Shown here one piece after another: positions 18,566 to 29,413 of a stretch of DNA of 64,000 nt (the stretch's first letter is position 1; each line of letters opens with the position of its first letter). The stretch is from positions 1 through 64,000 of the forward strand of contig JBDKFG010000012.1 of assembly GCA_039798785.1 (NCBI GenBank). Reading direction: 5' to 3'. The position numbers were made by a program, and so were the translations under genes. Source of the stretch: Verrucomicrobiota bacterium. GTDB taxonomy: Bacteria; Verrucomicrobiota; Lentisphaeria; Lentisphaerales; Lentisphaeraceae. Under the pieces are notes generated by a model. The model saw only the letters and a list, made by a program, of their open reading frames with translations, was not told the DNA's origin and ran no database searches.

Positions 18566-20011
18566 TCAGGCAGGCGGCCGCTTGAATTCGGCGGTATGGA
18601 CCACCTGGCCCTTGACATCGCGCAGCTCGAACTTGAGGAAGGAAGCCTGCGCCTCTGGACGCAGGGTCACGGCGAGGAAGCCGCCCTTCACGCGGTGGAA
18701 CTTGTGGTAGTCCTTGTTCTCGCCAGGCGAACCGCCGGCGTGCTCGTCGCTGGCGGGACCGCAGCTGAATTCGCGCACCTTGGTCTCGGGGTGGATGGAG
18801 TGGTATTGCCAGTGGCGGTCGCCGCAGATGACGAAGAAGTTGTCCGGCACATGTTGCTGCATCCATTGCCGCAGCTCGTCTCCTTCATGCTGGAAACCAA
18901 GGTTGGCGTGGTTGTCGTTCTTGCCTTTACCTCGGTCGGGACCGACGAGGGGAGTGGGGCTGACTAGGATTTTCCAGGTGGCGGCGCTCTCCAGAACGGT
19001 GCGCTTGAACCACTCCTTTTGCTCCTTGCCCCAGATGGTCTTGTCCGGACCGTCGTTCTGAGTGTTGGGTGAACGGAAATCGCGTCCCTCGGTGAACCAG
19101 ACCTGCAGGTCCCGCCCCCAACGCACCGTGCGGTAGTCGACACCCTCGCCTAGGGGGGCCTGCTGCTGGAAGATCGCCTCACCCTCGGCGAAGGTTAGTT
19201 CGCCGAGCTTCTGGCCGGGCCAGGCGTCGTTCTTGACGGTGTCATGATCATCCTTCTGCCAGTAGGTGGCGACGCTGCGGTTGAACTCCAGCAGGCGTGG
19301 CAGGCTGAACATGCGTTCCCAGTGGAAGCGGGCGAGGCGGGGGGTGACGGCGCTGGGGGCATCGCTGTCGTAGTAGACCAGATCGCCGGAGAGCACGGCG
19401 AATCGCGGCTTGAGGGCGAGCATCGAGGGGTAGATTTCGTGACCGTCCTTGTGGTCGCGGTCGGGGTAGCCCTGGCAGGTCATGACGCAGAAAGTGAGCT
19501 CGCTCGGCTGCGTTGGCGCGGTGGCGGTTTCGAATCTGCCGCGGAAACTGCCTCTGATCTCGCCGGAGCCTGGCTGGGCGGCTTCGGCGACATAATAATA
19601 AAGCGTCGAGGGTTGGAGATCCTTGAGGTGGAAATGATGGGCGAAGTCGCTCTTCTCGCCGACCTCGACCCATTCACAGATCTTGGCGTCCTGCAGGTCC
19701 TCGCGTGGGCCATAGCGGAGCCGGAGGCGGCCGGGGGTGCCGGGGCAGGCACCTTCGAGCTGTTCGACGGGAACCGGGATGGCTTTGGCGGCCTTGTGCC
19801 GACCAGGAATGAGCAGGCCGCCATTGTTGCGCAGAGGCTCGGCGGTGAGCCGGGCCCAGACGATGGCGGAACTGGCGGTGACCTCGCCAACGCGGGTGCC
19901 TGTGGCCAGGTGCGGGCCTGAGCCTTGAGCGGGAGCTGCCCGGGCGAGAAGAACCACAGGAAGGACCAAGGCGGACGACCCTTGGAGGAAGAGGCGGCGG
20001 TTGATGCTCAT
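18566..20011 (-). CDS. Tat-exported PhoD-family alkaline phosphatase
   Basis: 'INRRLFLQG', 'GDLVYYD', 'DDHD', 'GRDFRS', 'GDRHWQY'. Alternative start at 20053. Confidence 0.9.
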   Translation of the reverse strand: MSINRRLFLQGSSALVLPVVLLARAAPAQGSGPHLATGTRVGEVTASSAIVWARLTAEPLRNNGGLLIPGRHKAAKAIPVPVEQLEGACPGTPGRLRLRYGPREDLQDAKICEWVEVGEKSDFAHHFHLKDLQPSTLYYYVAEAAQPGSGEIRGSFRGRFETATAPTQPSELTFCVMTCQGYPDRDHKDGHEIYPSMLALKPRFAVLSGDLVYYDSDAPSAVTPRLARFHWERMFSLPRLLEFNRSVATYWQKDDHDTVKNDAWPGQKLGELTFAEGEAIFQQQAPLGEGVDYRTVRWGRDLQVWFTEGRDFRSPNTQNDGPDKTIWGKEQKEWFKRTVLESAATWKILVSPTPLVGPDRGKGKNDNHANLGFQHEGDELRQWMQQHVPDNFFVICGDRHWQYHSIHPETKVREFSCGPASDEHAGGSPGENKDYHKFHRVKGGFLAVTLRPEAQASFLKFELRDVKGQVVHTAEFKRPPA

Positions 20012-20069
20012 GGGATTCCTGTGAATCAGGGTGCAGCTGCTGCGATTTTTCATGATAGGCCCTCATTCA

Positions 20070-20159
20070 GGTTGAACGAGGTTCGAACTAGGGATGCCGC
20101 GGGAAATCAGGTTTTGACGCCCCCAAATAATCTTAATCGTCCTCCTTTTGAACTCAAGG
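20070..20159 (-). promoter_or_regulatory. Conserved upstream cassette copy 2 (GTCAAA-N15-GCATCC)
   Basis: Homologous to 18372-18457, at an equivalent position upstream of a minus-strand gene. Confidence 0.65.
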
Positions 20160-20181
20160 CCACGGTGAAGATCGTCAATTC

Positions 20182-21540
<1,359 letters not shown>

Positions 21541-21580
21541 GATCGTCTCCTAGCTTAATTAATCTATATGAATGAGAGGC

Positions 21581-21618
21581 GCCGCGCAGCGCCTGGACGA
21601 AGCAGGCGCTGGCGCGGC
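21581..21618. terminator. GC-rich hairpin between DUF6288-like gene and sulfatase
   Basis: GCCGCGCAGCGCCTG-7 nt-CAGGCGCTGGCGCGGC; no clear U-tract. Confidence 0.4.
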
Positions 21619-21634
21619 AGCATCAAAGATCACT

Positions 21635-24600
21635 TCAACGGCCGCTGCTGAAGAGGTTGAGCTCCTGTAGAGGAATCGCTTCATCGTCTTTTTTCTTCTT
21701 TTCCTTATTGCCAAGGAGCAGGGTCAGACGATAGCGGTCGCTGCGGCTCTCCGGCAATTCGCGGGTCTCGAGGCCGCCCTCCGCAACCAGCTGCCAGTGT
21801 CCCTCGACCCAGGCCTCGAGGCGGAAGGCGCGGCTCTTGCCTATTTCTTTTTCGCCCCACAGGAAATTGACATGATCTACCTTTTCCGCCCGAGCCAAAG
21901 TATAGACGAATTCGATCTCGCCATTGTCGTTCTCCGAAGCAGGGGAAATCTTGATCCCGGTGGACGGGTCGTTGTCGATCAGGTTCCGCTTCAGCCCTTC
22001 CTTGTCTGTGACGCGAGGAGAGTTGCAGACGATGGATTGGATCTTGGCGCGCCAGTCGGCGTTGTCGAGCAAAGTCAGGTTGAGGATTTCGGGCAAGGCA
22101 GCTTTTGCCAGTTGCACTTCCGCTTGGCATTCGCGTCCGGCGATCACCGGCCAGAAGGCGCGCTTGCTTACCTCGTAGCGGTCCTTGCCAGACTGGATAT
22201 AAAAGGGCGATGGGATGAATCCATTGATCGTCTCGCCGCAAGGCAAGGTGAGGCAGGCCTCGGAACCGGCCGGTTGGCGGGCGATCCACCCCCGGACGGT
22301 GATGGGATTGCTGATCACGCCTTGCCGGCTGGTGTCGACAGTTCTTGAGTAACTCAGGGTTTTACCGTTGAGAAGGTACTCCACCTGAAGTGTGATCTTG
22401 GAAGCGACCGCCCAAGCTGGCAAGGTTGTACTTTTTGATAATGTCAATTGCTCGCTTTTGAGTCCCATCAATTTCAAGACGGGCTTCTGAAGTCCAATAT
22501 TGACGCCGGTGAAATCCATTTCCTTTCGATTGCGGCTAGGTGGCTCGCACGCAAGGTTCACAGAAGTTTCAGAGGCGTCCAATTCCTCTCCACTATGAAT
22601 GCTTTTCTTCTTCTTTTTCTTTTTCTTCCCGCTATCCTCAACGACCTCGTCCCCGGCTGTGAGCGCGAGCGAGTAAGTGATCCCGGTGAGAGTCTCGATG
22701 GCCAAGCCTCTGGCGTCGCCGGCGAGCTGCGGCGCTGCCAACAGATCGGCCAGGACGGTGGCCATGGAGGCGTCACCAAGCTTTTGAACTTCATCTCCCA
22801 GGCTCGGGCCCTCGGGCAGGGCGGCGAGCCGGGTGGAAAACACGCTCAAGGAGGACGGACACTGCGAGCCCAGCAACTGCTGCACGCAACAGCAGCGGTC
22901 GAAAAGGGTTTTACGCTGCCAGAATCCATAGCTGTCGGAAACCTTCTGCGGCTCGAATTTCTGAGGCATGAAACGAGGATCGCCAGTGATGGCCATGTTG
23001 CGGCGGGTCGCGTTGAGGACCAGCACCATGGCTGCAGTTCGCCACCACAAGCCTAGCACTCGCTCGCCGCCTTGGTGGTCGAGCACTTCCAGCGGGTTTT
23101 GCACGAAGCCGCCGTTGTCCCAGGGGCGGTCCATGCACAAACGCCATTTGAAGAGCTGCATGTGCTGAGCAAAGAGCTCCTTGTCGGAGCGCGCCAAGGC
23201 AAGGCTGTTCCATACCAGGGCCATGTAGCTGACCGCATGGGCGGTGTCGGCCGCGCCGAGGTATTCCCGCAGGTGGGCGGTGGCTTTGTCGGCGAAACCC
23301 TGGTTGCCTCCATAGATGCGGACGCCGAGCAAAGCCGGACCGGTGCGGGCGCCGCTGTTCTTGCTCTCACGGCTTCGGCCTCCTTCTTCATTAAGTGCGG
23401 CCCGCCCATAGGGGACCGCTCCGTTCGGCGACATCCGCGCCAACTGATCGAAGATCGCCGAGATCTTGGCGCGGTCACAGCTGATTGGCGTCTTCGACGC
23501 GACGGCCATCGCCAAGGCGACGTTCGAGGTGCCTAGGTTCATCCCTGAGTTTTCATAGGCGGGTACCCGCCCGCCATGCCCTGCGGTATTGTCTCCCAAC
23601 ATCTGATTCATCACCTCGTGATATAAGCTCTGGATCGCCGGCAGGTAGCGATCATCACGGTAACGCAGCCAATATTCGGACAGGAACAGCAGGCACTGAG
23701 CCTTTGGCAGAGTCCAGAAATCGTAGGTGCAGTGGAAGGCGATGAACCGCGCCGCCTTGTGGATGGCCGGATCGTATTTGGCATCTCCCATGCTCAGCAA
23801 CGCCAAGCCCGCCATTGAGGTGTCGAAGTGCCGTCCGCAAAAATCTTTGTCGCGACTCCAGGTGCCGTCCGGCCCCTGGTTTGCCACCAGGAAATCGGCG
23901 TTCAAACGAGCCAAGGCCGCCGATTTCGCGCAGTTCTCGGGATAGCTGGAGGCAAAGCTGCCCCAAACCGGCAGGCGAATCGCCACCTCTTGCAGGTGAG
24001 GGCGCAGACTCGCGGGGATCTCGATCACCGCCGCCGGCTTGAATTCTAATTTCAACTCCAGATCGCCCTGGTTGTAGTTCCGGGGGTTGTTCAGAGCTAA
24101 AACGAAACTCTCGGCGTTCTTGGGAATCTCCAGTTGGATCGTCAAGCTTTCCGCAGAGTTTTGACGGTGCAGCTCGTCTTTGATGCTCTCCACCGGCTTG
24201 CCGCGCCGGCTTGCCGCCAAAGTGACATGTCGGCCCCCTGCGCAGGTAAATCCGCTTTCCGGCTTCAGATTGAAGGCCACGATCTCCTTTTTTGTCGGGT
24301 TGCGCAAGCTGAGGATCAAGGTTCCTTTGCGACCCGCGACAGGGATTTCCAGCCGCTTGTCATTGGCAACGCTTCCGCTCTCCAGAATTTGCGGGGGAGT
24401 GGCTGTGAACTTCGCCTGCTGTTTTACTGCCGGACTCATGCCTGAGGTGCGCAGGACCTTGAAGGTCATCAGACCCTGCGGATGGCCTTCGCTCTTGTCA
24501 ATCATATCGCCCATGTGGGCGTTGAGCCCTCGATTGCCCTTGTAAACATAATCCTCTTCCCAGTAATCCTGACCGGAAAGGAGACGCTCACCGTTCACTT

Positions 24601-25099
24601 CGTAAATGATATCTCCTGGCAAAAGCAGGCCAGCAGCCGGCGACCCAGGATAGATTGAGGCCACTTCGTAGCAATTCAGCGCCAACTCGCCTTTATTATC
24701 CAGCATGAAGGGAGGTACCGCCTTCTTGAAAAAGGGGCGGAAATGCTCTGTCCAGTAGCGATCGTGCATCAAGCAGCGAAGCCCCAATGGCCCAAAGGTG
24801 AACTGCATATCCGTGCGCAAAACCTCGAGCGACATCTTGGCCTCGGAGAAATAGGTGGCCCAAGGCGCGGGATGGAGCCGGTACCAATCGTGGAGATCGA
24901 CGGGATGGGCGCTGGGGAGGTGCGGGGTATTGCCTGGTTTTTGAGTGGGTGAAGGAGCTGCTTTGCCTGCCTCGGGCGATGCCATCATGGGCTGCAAGCC
25001 AGACAACATGACGCATCCGAAAAGCAAAGGGAAAAAGCTACTGAGTTTTTTCGACATCGGGAGTCTCCTAGGTTGATGATTTTTGAGATTCTGCATCAA
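21635..25099 (-). CDS. Large secreted PDZ + DUF6288-like alpha/alpha-barrel + discoidin-like protein
   Basis: 'FGPLG', PDZ 'PGSPAAGLLLPGDIIYEVNG', 'QGPDGTW', 'AGLALL', 'LLFLSEY', 'GHG', C-terminal 'NLIDNDPST...LQELNLF'. Likely start MSKK at 25057. Confidence 0.7.
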   Translation of the reverse strand: MMQNLKNHQPRRLPMSKKLSSFFPLLFGCVMLSGLQPMMASPEAGKAAPSPTQKPGNTPHLPSAHPVDLHDWYRLHPAPWATYFSEAKMSLEVLRTDMQFTFGPLGLRCLMHDRYWTEHFRPFFKKAVPPFMLDNKGELALNCYEVASIYPGSPAAGLLLPGDIIYEVNGERLLSGQDYWEEDYVYKGNRGLNAHMGDMIDKSEGHPQGLMTFKVLRTSGMSPAVKQQAKFTATPPQILESGSVANDKRLEIPVAGRKGTLILSLRNPTKKEIVAFNLKPESGFTCAGGRHVTLAASRRGKPVESIKDELHRQNSAESLTIQLEIPKNAESFVLALNNPRNYNQGDLELKLEFKPAAVIEIPASLRPHLQEVAIRLPVWGSFASSYPENCAKSAALARLNADFLVANQGPDGTWSRDKDFCGRHFDTSMAGLALLSMGDAKYDPAIHKAARFIAFHCTYDFWTLPKAQCLLFLSEYWLRYRDDRYLPAIQSLYHEVMNQMLGDNTAGHGGRVPAYENSGMNLGTSNVALAMAVASKTPISCDRAKISAIFDQLARMSPNGAVPYGRAALNEEGGRSRESKNSGARTGPALLGVRIYGGNQGFADKATAHLREYLGAADTAHAVSYMALVWNSLALARSDKELFAQHMQLFKWRLCMDRPWDNGGFVQNPLEVLDHQGGERVLGLWWRTAAMVLVLNATRRNMAITGDPRFMPQKFEPQKVSDSYGFWQRKTLFDRCCCVQQLLGSQCPSSLSVFSTRLAALPEGPSLGDEVQKLGDASMATVLADLLAAPQLAGDARGLAIETLTGITYSLALTAGDEVVEDSGKKKKKKKKSIHSGEELDASETSVNLACEPPSRNRKEMDFTGVNIGLQKPVLKLMGLKSEQLTLSKSTTLPAWAVASKITLQVEYLLNGKTLSYSRTVDTSRQGVISNPITVRGWIARQPAGSEACLTLPCGETINGFIPSPFYIQSGKDRYEVSKRAFWPVIAGRECQAEVQLAKAALPEILNLTLLDNADWRAKIQSIVCNSPRVTDKEGLKRNLIDNDPSTGIKISPASENDNGEIEFVYTLARAEKVDHVNFLWGEKEIGKSRAFRLEAWVEGHWQLVAEGGLETRELPESRSDRYRLTLLLGNKEKKKKDDEAIPLQELNLFSSGR

Positions 25100-25104
25100 A
25101 CCAT

Positions 25105-25131
25105 GTATGACGGTCTAGGAGGCTCTTTGAC
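25105..25131 (-). promoter_or_regulatory. Third copy of motif (GTCAAA-N15-TCATAC)
   Basis: Same hexamers and exact 15-bp spacing just upstream of the DUF6288-like gene. Confidence 0.55.
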
Positions 25132-25178
25132 TGGGATCTCATTTTTTGCACCCAGGAGGATTGCCGGCATATTAAGAA

Positions 25179-27242
25179 TCACAAATCATTAACAGAAAAT
25201 GATTTACGAGCACGAAGCTTGCGAATCCATTCAGGGGGGATCAACGCGCGACTTACGCTGAGACTGCGGAGTGCAGGGAAGCTGCGGACATTGAGAAGGT
25301 CGGGAACGAAAGTATCGCGCAAGATCAGAATTTGCAGTGAGCTGTGCGGGATGTTCTCAATTGAGTCGATGCGGCAGGAGCTCAGGTCAAGCTCAAGCAG
25401 CGCTGGCATACTGACATCCTCCAGGCTGCGCACCGAGCTGCGAGCGAGCGAGAGTCGCTCAAGGCGGCACTCATGGAAGGCGGCAAGATCCCTCACCGAG
25501 CAGCCGCTAAGATCGAGCTCGCGGAGGTCCAGTCCCGCCAGGCAATCGATGTTGACGAGAAACGGGTTGCCGCTGAGATCAAGCGATTGGGCTTCTGGGT
25601 CAAAGACCGCCTTCAGTTCGCTGAGACCGGGATTGCGTAACAACAGAAAGCGTTTCGCCAGCTGCCAGGACTTCTCGGAATCTGGCTGGCGGGCCACCAT
25701 GTCCTTCATCATGTAGCGCGAGATGGTGTTGTCGTTGGGCAGGCGGGAGATGAAGCTTACGAAATCTTCAATGGGCAGGCAGCCACTGGCAGGATCGACA
25801 TCCTGAGCGAAACGGCGACAGTCCGCCAGGTAATAATTGCGATAGTAGTCGTTGGCATGCTCGAAGTAAGGGATGGCTTCGGCAAAGCGTTGTGCCTGGA
25901 ATAGGAGCTTGCCCTGCAGAGTGTTGGCCTTCACATTCTGCGGATCGAAGGTAAGCGCTTTTTCATTGCAGGATTGCGCCTCCCGCAATTGCAGCTTGAT
26001 GAAGGCTCGGTTGGCCAAATTGGCGTAGTTCTCCGCCAATTCCATGCTGCGTTTCTCGGCATTTTGACGTTCCTTGTGGTAGCCATCAAGCGCCTGTTCG
26101 ATCTGCTCCTTCTGGATGGCGAGCAGATTGAGGTGGATCTGCTGCTGCCGGATGAAGAGGGCGGTGTACACGAGCAGCGACAGCAGCATCAAAGCTGCCA
26201 TCAGGCAGAGCGTCTGGTTTCGTTTGAGGAAAAGCAACAGCAGGCGCCCGGGCCGGGCTCGTTCAGCCCGGGTGGCAAAGCCCTGCTGCCAAGCGGAAAT
26301 GTCATCGAGAATCTCTCCACAATCGGCATAGCGATGCTCAGGGCTCACATCGAGGCAGCGGCGGCAAATCGCCTCTAGGGCCATCGGGACCGGGTCTTGC
26401 CCGGGGGAGTGAATCGGACGAATCTGTCCTTTCAGGGTATTAGACCTGATCTCCTCGAAACTGCCGCCTGGCACCGGCACCTCACCGCTCAACAAGGTGT
26501 GCAGGATGGCCCCCAACCCGTAGATGTCGGTGGCGACCGTCTTTGGCGCCGCATGGCCGAGGACCTGTTCAGGCGCCATGTAGCCGGGAGTTCCCTTGAT
26601 CTCGCCATGGCGGGTGAGCAAATGCAGTTCTGCAGTCTCCAAGGCGGCATCCTCGAGTAGACTCGCCTCCGCCGCCTCGGCGCAGACGAGACGGGCCAGA
26701 CCCCAGTCGCACACCGTCACCTCGCCGTAGTCGCCAATCAGGATGTTGGCGGGCTTCAGATCGAGATGCAAAACCCCTTGGCGGTGGGCATAAGAAATCG
26801 CCTCGCAAATCTTCCGAAAAATCGCCACCCGTTCGCCGAGGGAGGGATTGCGCTGACTGAGATGACTCTGCAGGTCACTGCCGCTCAGTCGCTTCATGAC
26901 GAAGAACGGGCGCCCCTCCGCGTCCACGCCGATATCGTAGACCGGGACGATGTTGGGATGCTGCAGCGAGGCGGTGATGCGGGCTTCGCGGAGGAAGAGC
27001 TCGACCGCTTCAGGGCCGAGACCGTCCTGCAGTCGCGCCAGCGCCACCTGCCGCCCAGCCGCCAGATCCCGGCATTGGTAAATCTCCTTCATCCCGCCAC
27101 GACCGATCAAGGACTCGACGACATAGCGATCAGGCAGGTCAAGCAGCTGTTCAAAGAGGCTGCCGTTCTCGACTTGCCGCATCTCCCCCGCCCGCTTGTA
27201 AAGCTGCTCGCAGAAGTTTGTTTCGTCAGGAAAACCGTTCAC
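25179..27242 (-). CDS. Hanks-type Ser/Thr kinase with TM helix, TPR-like helices and C-terminal leucine-rich repeats
   Basis: 'GRGGMK', 'HPNIV', 'HLDLKPAN', 'DWGLA', 'GTPGYMAPEQ', 'DIYGLG'; LRRs such as 'LRELDLSGCSVRDL'. Confidence 0.93.
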   Translation of the reverse strand: MNGFPDETNFCEQLYKRAGEMRQVENGSLFEQLLDLPDRYVVESLIGRGGMKEIYQCRDLAAGRQVALARLQDGLGPEAVELFLREARITASLQHPNIVPVYDIGVDAEGRPFFVMKRLSGSDLQSHLSQRNPSLGERVAIFRKICEAISYAHRQGVLHLDLKPANILIGDYGEVTVCDWGLARLVCAEAAEASLLEDAALETAELHLLTRHGEIKGTPGYMAPEQVLGHAAPKTVATDIYGLGAILHTLLSGEVPVPGGSFEEIRSNTLKGQIRPIHSPGQDPVPMALEAICRRCLDVSPEHRYADCGEILDDISAWQQGFATRAERARPGRLLLLFLKRNQTLCLMAALMLLSLLVYTALFIRQQQIHLNLLAIQKEQIEQALDGYHKERQNAEKRSMELAENYANLANRAFIKLQLREAQSCNEKALTFDPQNVKANTLQGKLLFQAQRFAEAIPYFEHANDYYRNYYLADCRRFAQDVDPASGCLPIEDFVSFISRLPNDNTISRYMMKDMVARQPDSEKSWQLAKRFLLLRNPGLSELKAVFDPEAQSLDLSGNPFLVNIDCLAGLDLRELDLSGCSVRDLAAFHECRLERLSLARSSVRSLEDVSMPALLELDLSSCRIDSIENIPHSSLQILILRDTFVPDLLNVRSFPALRSLSVSRALIPPEWIRKLRARKSFSVNDL

Positions 27243-27350
27243 GCCGGGCCTCGATGTTTTTCGACACTAACCCCGCCCCGGACGGAGACAAGCCCCTTGG
27301 CAAAGCGGCAATACGGCCGTAGTGGTGTCAGCGATCATCAGGGGAAGCGC

Positions 27351-27926
27351 ATGTCTGAGAATTTCACCCGCAAGACCTTGCTGAAAAAACTTCAGGACCG
27401 CCATGATGAGCAAGCCTGGGGGGAGTTCGACCACCTCTACCGTCGCTACATCGCCGCGGTTCTGCGCCGTATGAACATCCTCGGCACTGATGCCGACGAC
27501 GTGATCCAGCGCGTCCTGCTGCAGTCCTGGCGCACACTGCCTGATTTCACTTACGAGCCCGGCAAGGGGCGCTTCCGCAGCTGGCTCGCGGTGATGACTC
27601 GCAACGAAGCCAAGATGGAGCTGCGCCGCAAGGAACGGCAAACTCGCACCGTTCCGGCGGATGCCCCGGAATGGCTCGATCCCGAGATCGAAAGCATGGC
27701 CGAATCGGAATGGCGCAAATACGTCGTCGGCCTCGCCTGGGAGCATGTCTCCGCAGGTCTGGCGCCCAAGGTGCGAGCCGCCTACGAGGCGATCCAACGC
27801 GGCGACGAAATCAAGGACGTCGCCGAAGCCCTCCAATTGCAGGAGAATTCGATCTACGTCTACCGCCAAAGGGTCGAAAAGATGATCTGCAAGGAAATCC
27901 TGCGCCTGGATGCGAATTTGAGCTGA
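27351..27926 (+). CDS. ECF sigma factor (PVC kinase-associated type)
   Basis: 'TRKTLL..L....DEQAWGEF...Y', 'DADDVIQ', 'KGRFRSWL', 'IYVYRQRV'. Divergent from the kinase; no anti-sigma gene adjacent. Confidence 0.9.
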   Translation: MSENFTRKTLLKKLQDRHDEQAWGEFDHLYRRYIAAVLRRMNILGTDADDVIQRVLLQSWRTLPDFTYEPGKGRFRSWLAVMTRNEAKMELRRKERQTRTVPADAPEWLDPEIESMAESEWRKYVVGLAWEHVSAGLAPKVRAAYEAIQRGDEIKDVAEALQLQENSIYVYRQRVEKMICKEILRLDANLS

Positions 27927-28004
27927 TTCGGCTGGAACTTGTCGCCTCGCCTACAGCTCCTAAGCACAGAAAAAAGTCCCTATTTTAAAAAACAGGAGAT
28001 CTTG

Positions 28005-29369
28005 ATGAGAACCTTCCTCCTTGGCCTCGGCCTCGCCTCTTTCAGCTCTTGCGCTTCATCTCCATCCGCCGCACCGCTGATCTCTTCAGCATCATCCCAG
28101 GCGGAAAAGGACGCCGCCTCGGTCCAGCGCCGCGCCTGGTTCGAGGATGCGCGTTTCGGACTTTTCATGCACTGGGGCCTTTACAGCGCCCTCGAAGGCT
28201 CGTGGAAGGACCGGACCCTGCCCGATCCCAGCCTGCCTCACGGCAAGAGCTGGTACGCCGAATGGATCCAAAAACGCCTCGAAATTCCCGACGCCGAATA
28301 CCGCGCCCTGGCCAAGGGTTTCAACCCGGTCCACTTCGAAGCCGAAGCCCTCGTCCTCGAAGCCAAACGCGCCGGGATGAAATACATCGCCCTCACCGCC
28401 AAGCACCACGACGGCTTCGCCCTCTGGGACAGCGCCGTCTCTGACTTCGACCTCGGCGCCACTCCCTGCAAACGCGACCTCCTGGACGAACTCGCCCATG
28501 CCTGCCGCACACACGGAATCAAGCTCGGCTTCTACTACTCGCACTGGATGGACTGGGAGCACCCCGGCGGCGTCCGCCCCGACTGGCCCGACAGCCGCCA
28601 GCCCGATGAGGCCCAGTTCGAAAGCTACTGGAAGGGCAAGGCCCTGCCGCAAATCAGCGAACTCATCGCCCGCTACGATCCCGATCTCTTCTGGTTCGAC
28701 ACCTGGGGCACCGAAGGTGGCCAGATCACGCCGAAACGTCGCGACGAACTGATCGACCTGATCCGCCGCGAATCACCGAAATGCCTGATCAACGGACGCA
28801 TCTGCTTCCATGACCCCGGCAATGACGTCGACTTCCTTGAGATGGGCGACAACCAGTATCCCAAGACCTGGCCCGGCAAGCCCTGGCAGTCACCCGCCAC
28901 CATGCAACATTCCTGGGGCTATCACGCCAAGGACTTCGCTTGGAAACCCAGCGGCGAGATGATCCGCCTTCTTTCCCAATGCAGCTCTCTCGGCGGCAAC
29001 TACCTGCTCAACATCGGCCCGAAGGCCGACGGCTCGATTCCCGCACCGGCCACCCGCCGCCTCCGCGAGATCGGCGGCTGGATGGCGGCCAACGCCCCCT
29101 CCATCCAGAACACCAGCCGCCTCGGCGCCGCACCCTGGGGCTGGTGGACCGCTTCAAAAGACGGCAGCCGCCTCTACGCACATGTCCACCGCTGGCCCGC
29201 CGACGGACTCCTGCCTCTGGGGGAACTCGAGGACGAATTCCGTTCCGCCCGGATTCTCGAGACCGGCATGAGCCTTGAGCTGTTGCAGCGCCAGAACGAA
29301 CGATTCCTCGCCATCCCGCAAGCCGCACCGGACCCATGGAACACAGTGATTGAACTCACCCGGCAATAG
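28005..29369 (+). CDS. GH29 alpha-L-fucosidase (probable lipoprotein)
   Basis: 'WFEDARFGLFMHWGLY', 'AGMKY..LTAKHHDGF', 'WFD', 'SWGY', 'LLNIGPKADG'. Confidence 0.93.
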   Translation: MRTFLLGLGLASFSSCASSPSAAPLISSASSQAEKDAASVQRRAWFEDARFGLFMHWGLYSALEGSWKDRTLPDPSLPHGKSWYAEWIQKRLEIPDAEYRALAKGFNPVHFEAEALVLEAKRAGMKYIALTAKHHDGFALWDSAVSDFDLGATPCKRDLLDELAHACRTHGIKLGFYYSHWMDWEHPGGVRPDWPDSRQPDEAQFESYWKGKALPQISELIARYDPDLFWFDTWGTEGGQITPKRRDELIDLIRRESPKCLINGRICFHDPGNDVDFLEMGDNQYPKTWPGKPWQSPATMQHSWGYHAKDFAWKPSGEMIRLLSQCSSLGGNYLLNIGPKADGSIPAPATRRLREIGGWMAANAPSIQNTSRLGAAPWGWWTASKDGSRLYAHVHRWPADGLLPLGELEDEFRSARILETGMSLELLQRQNERFLAIPQAAPDPWNTVIELTRQ

Positions 29370-29413
29370 ACCCTCGCCGGTTTCACGACACCCCAAAAGT
29401 CACGGAGACTCCC

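Noticed and set aside
26766..27350. N-terminal extension of the ECF sigma ORF
   Set aside because: It overlaps the kinase gene on the other strand; sigma homology starts at ATG 27351.
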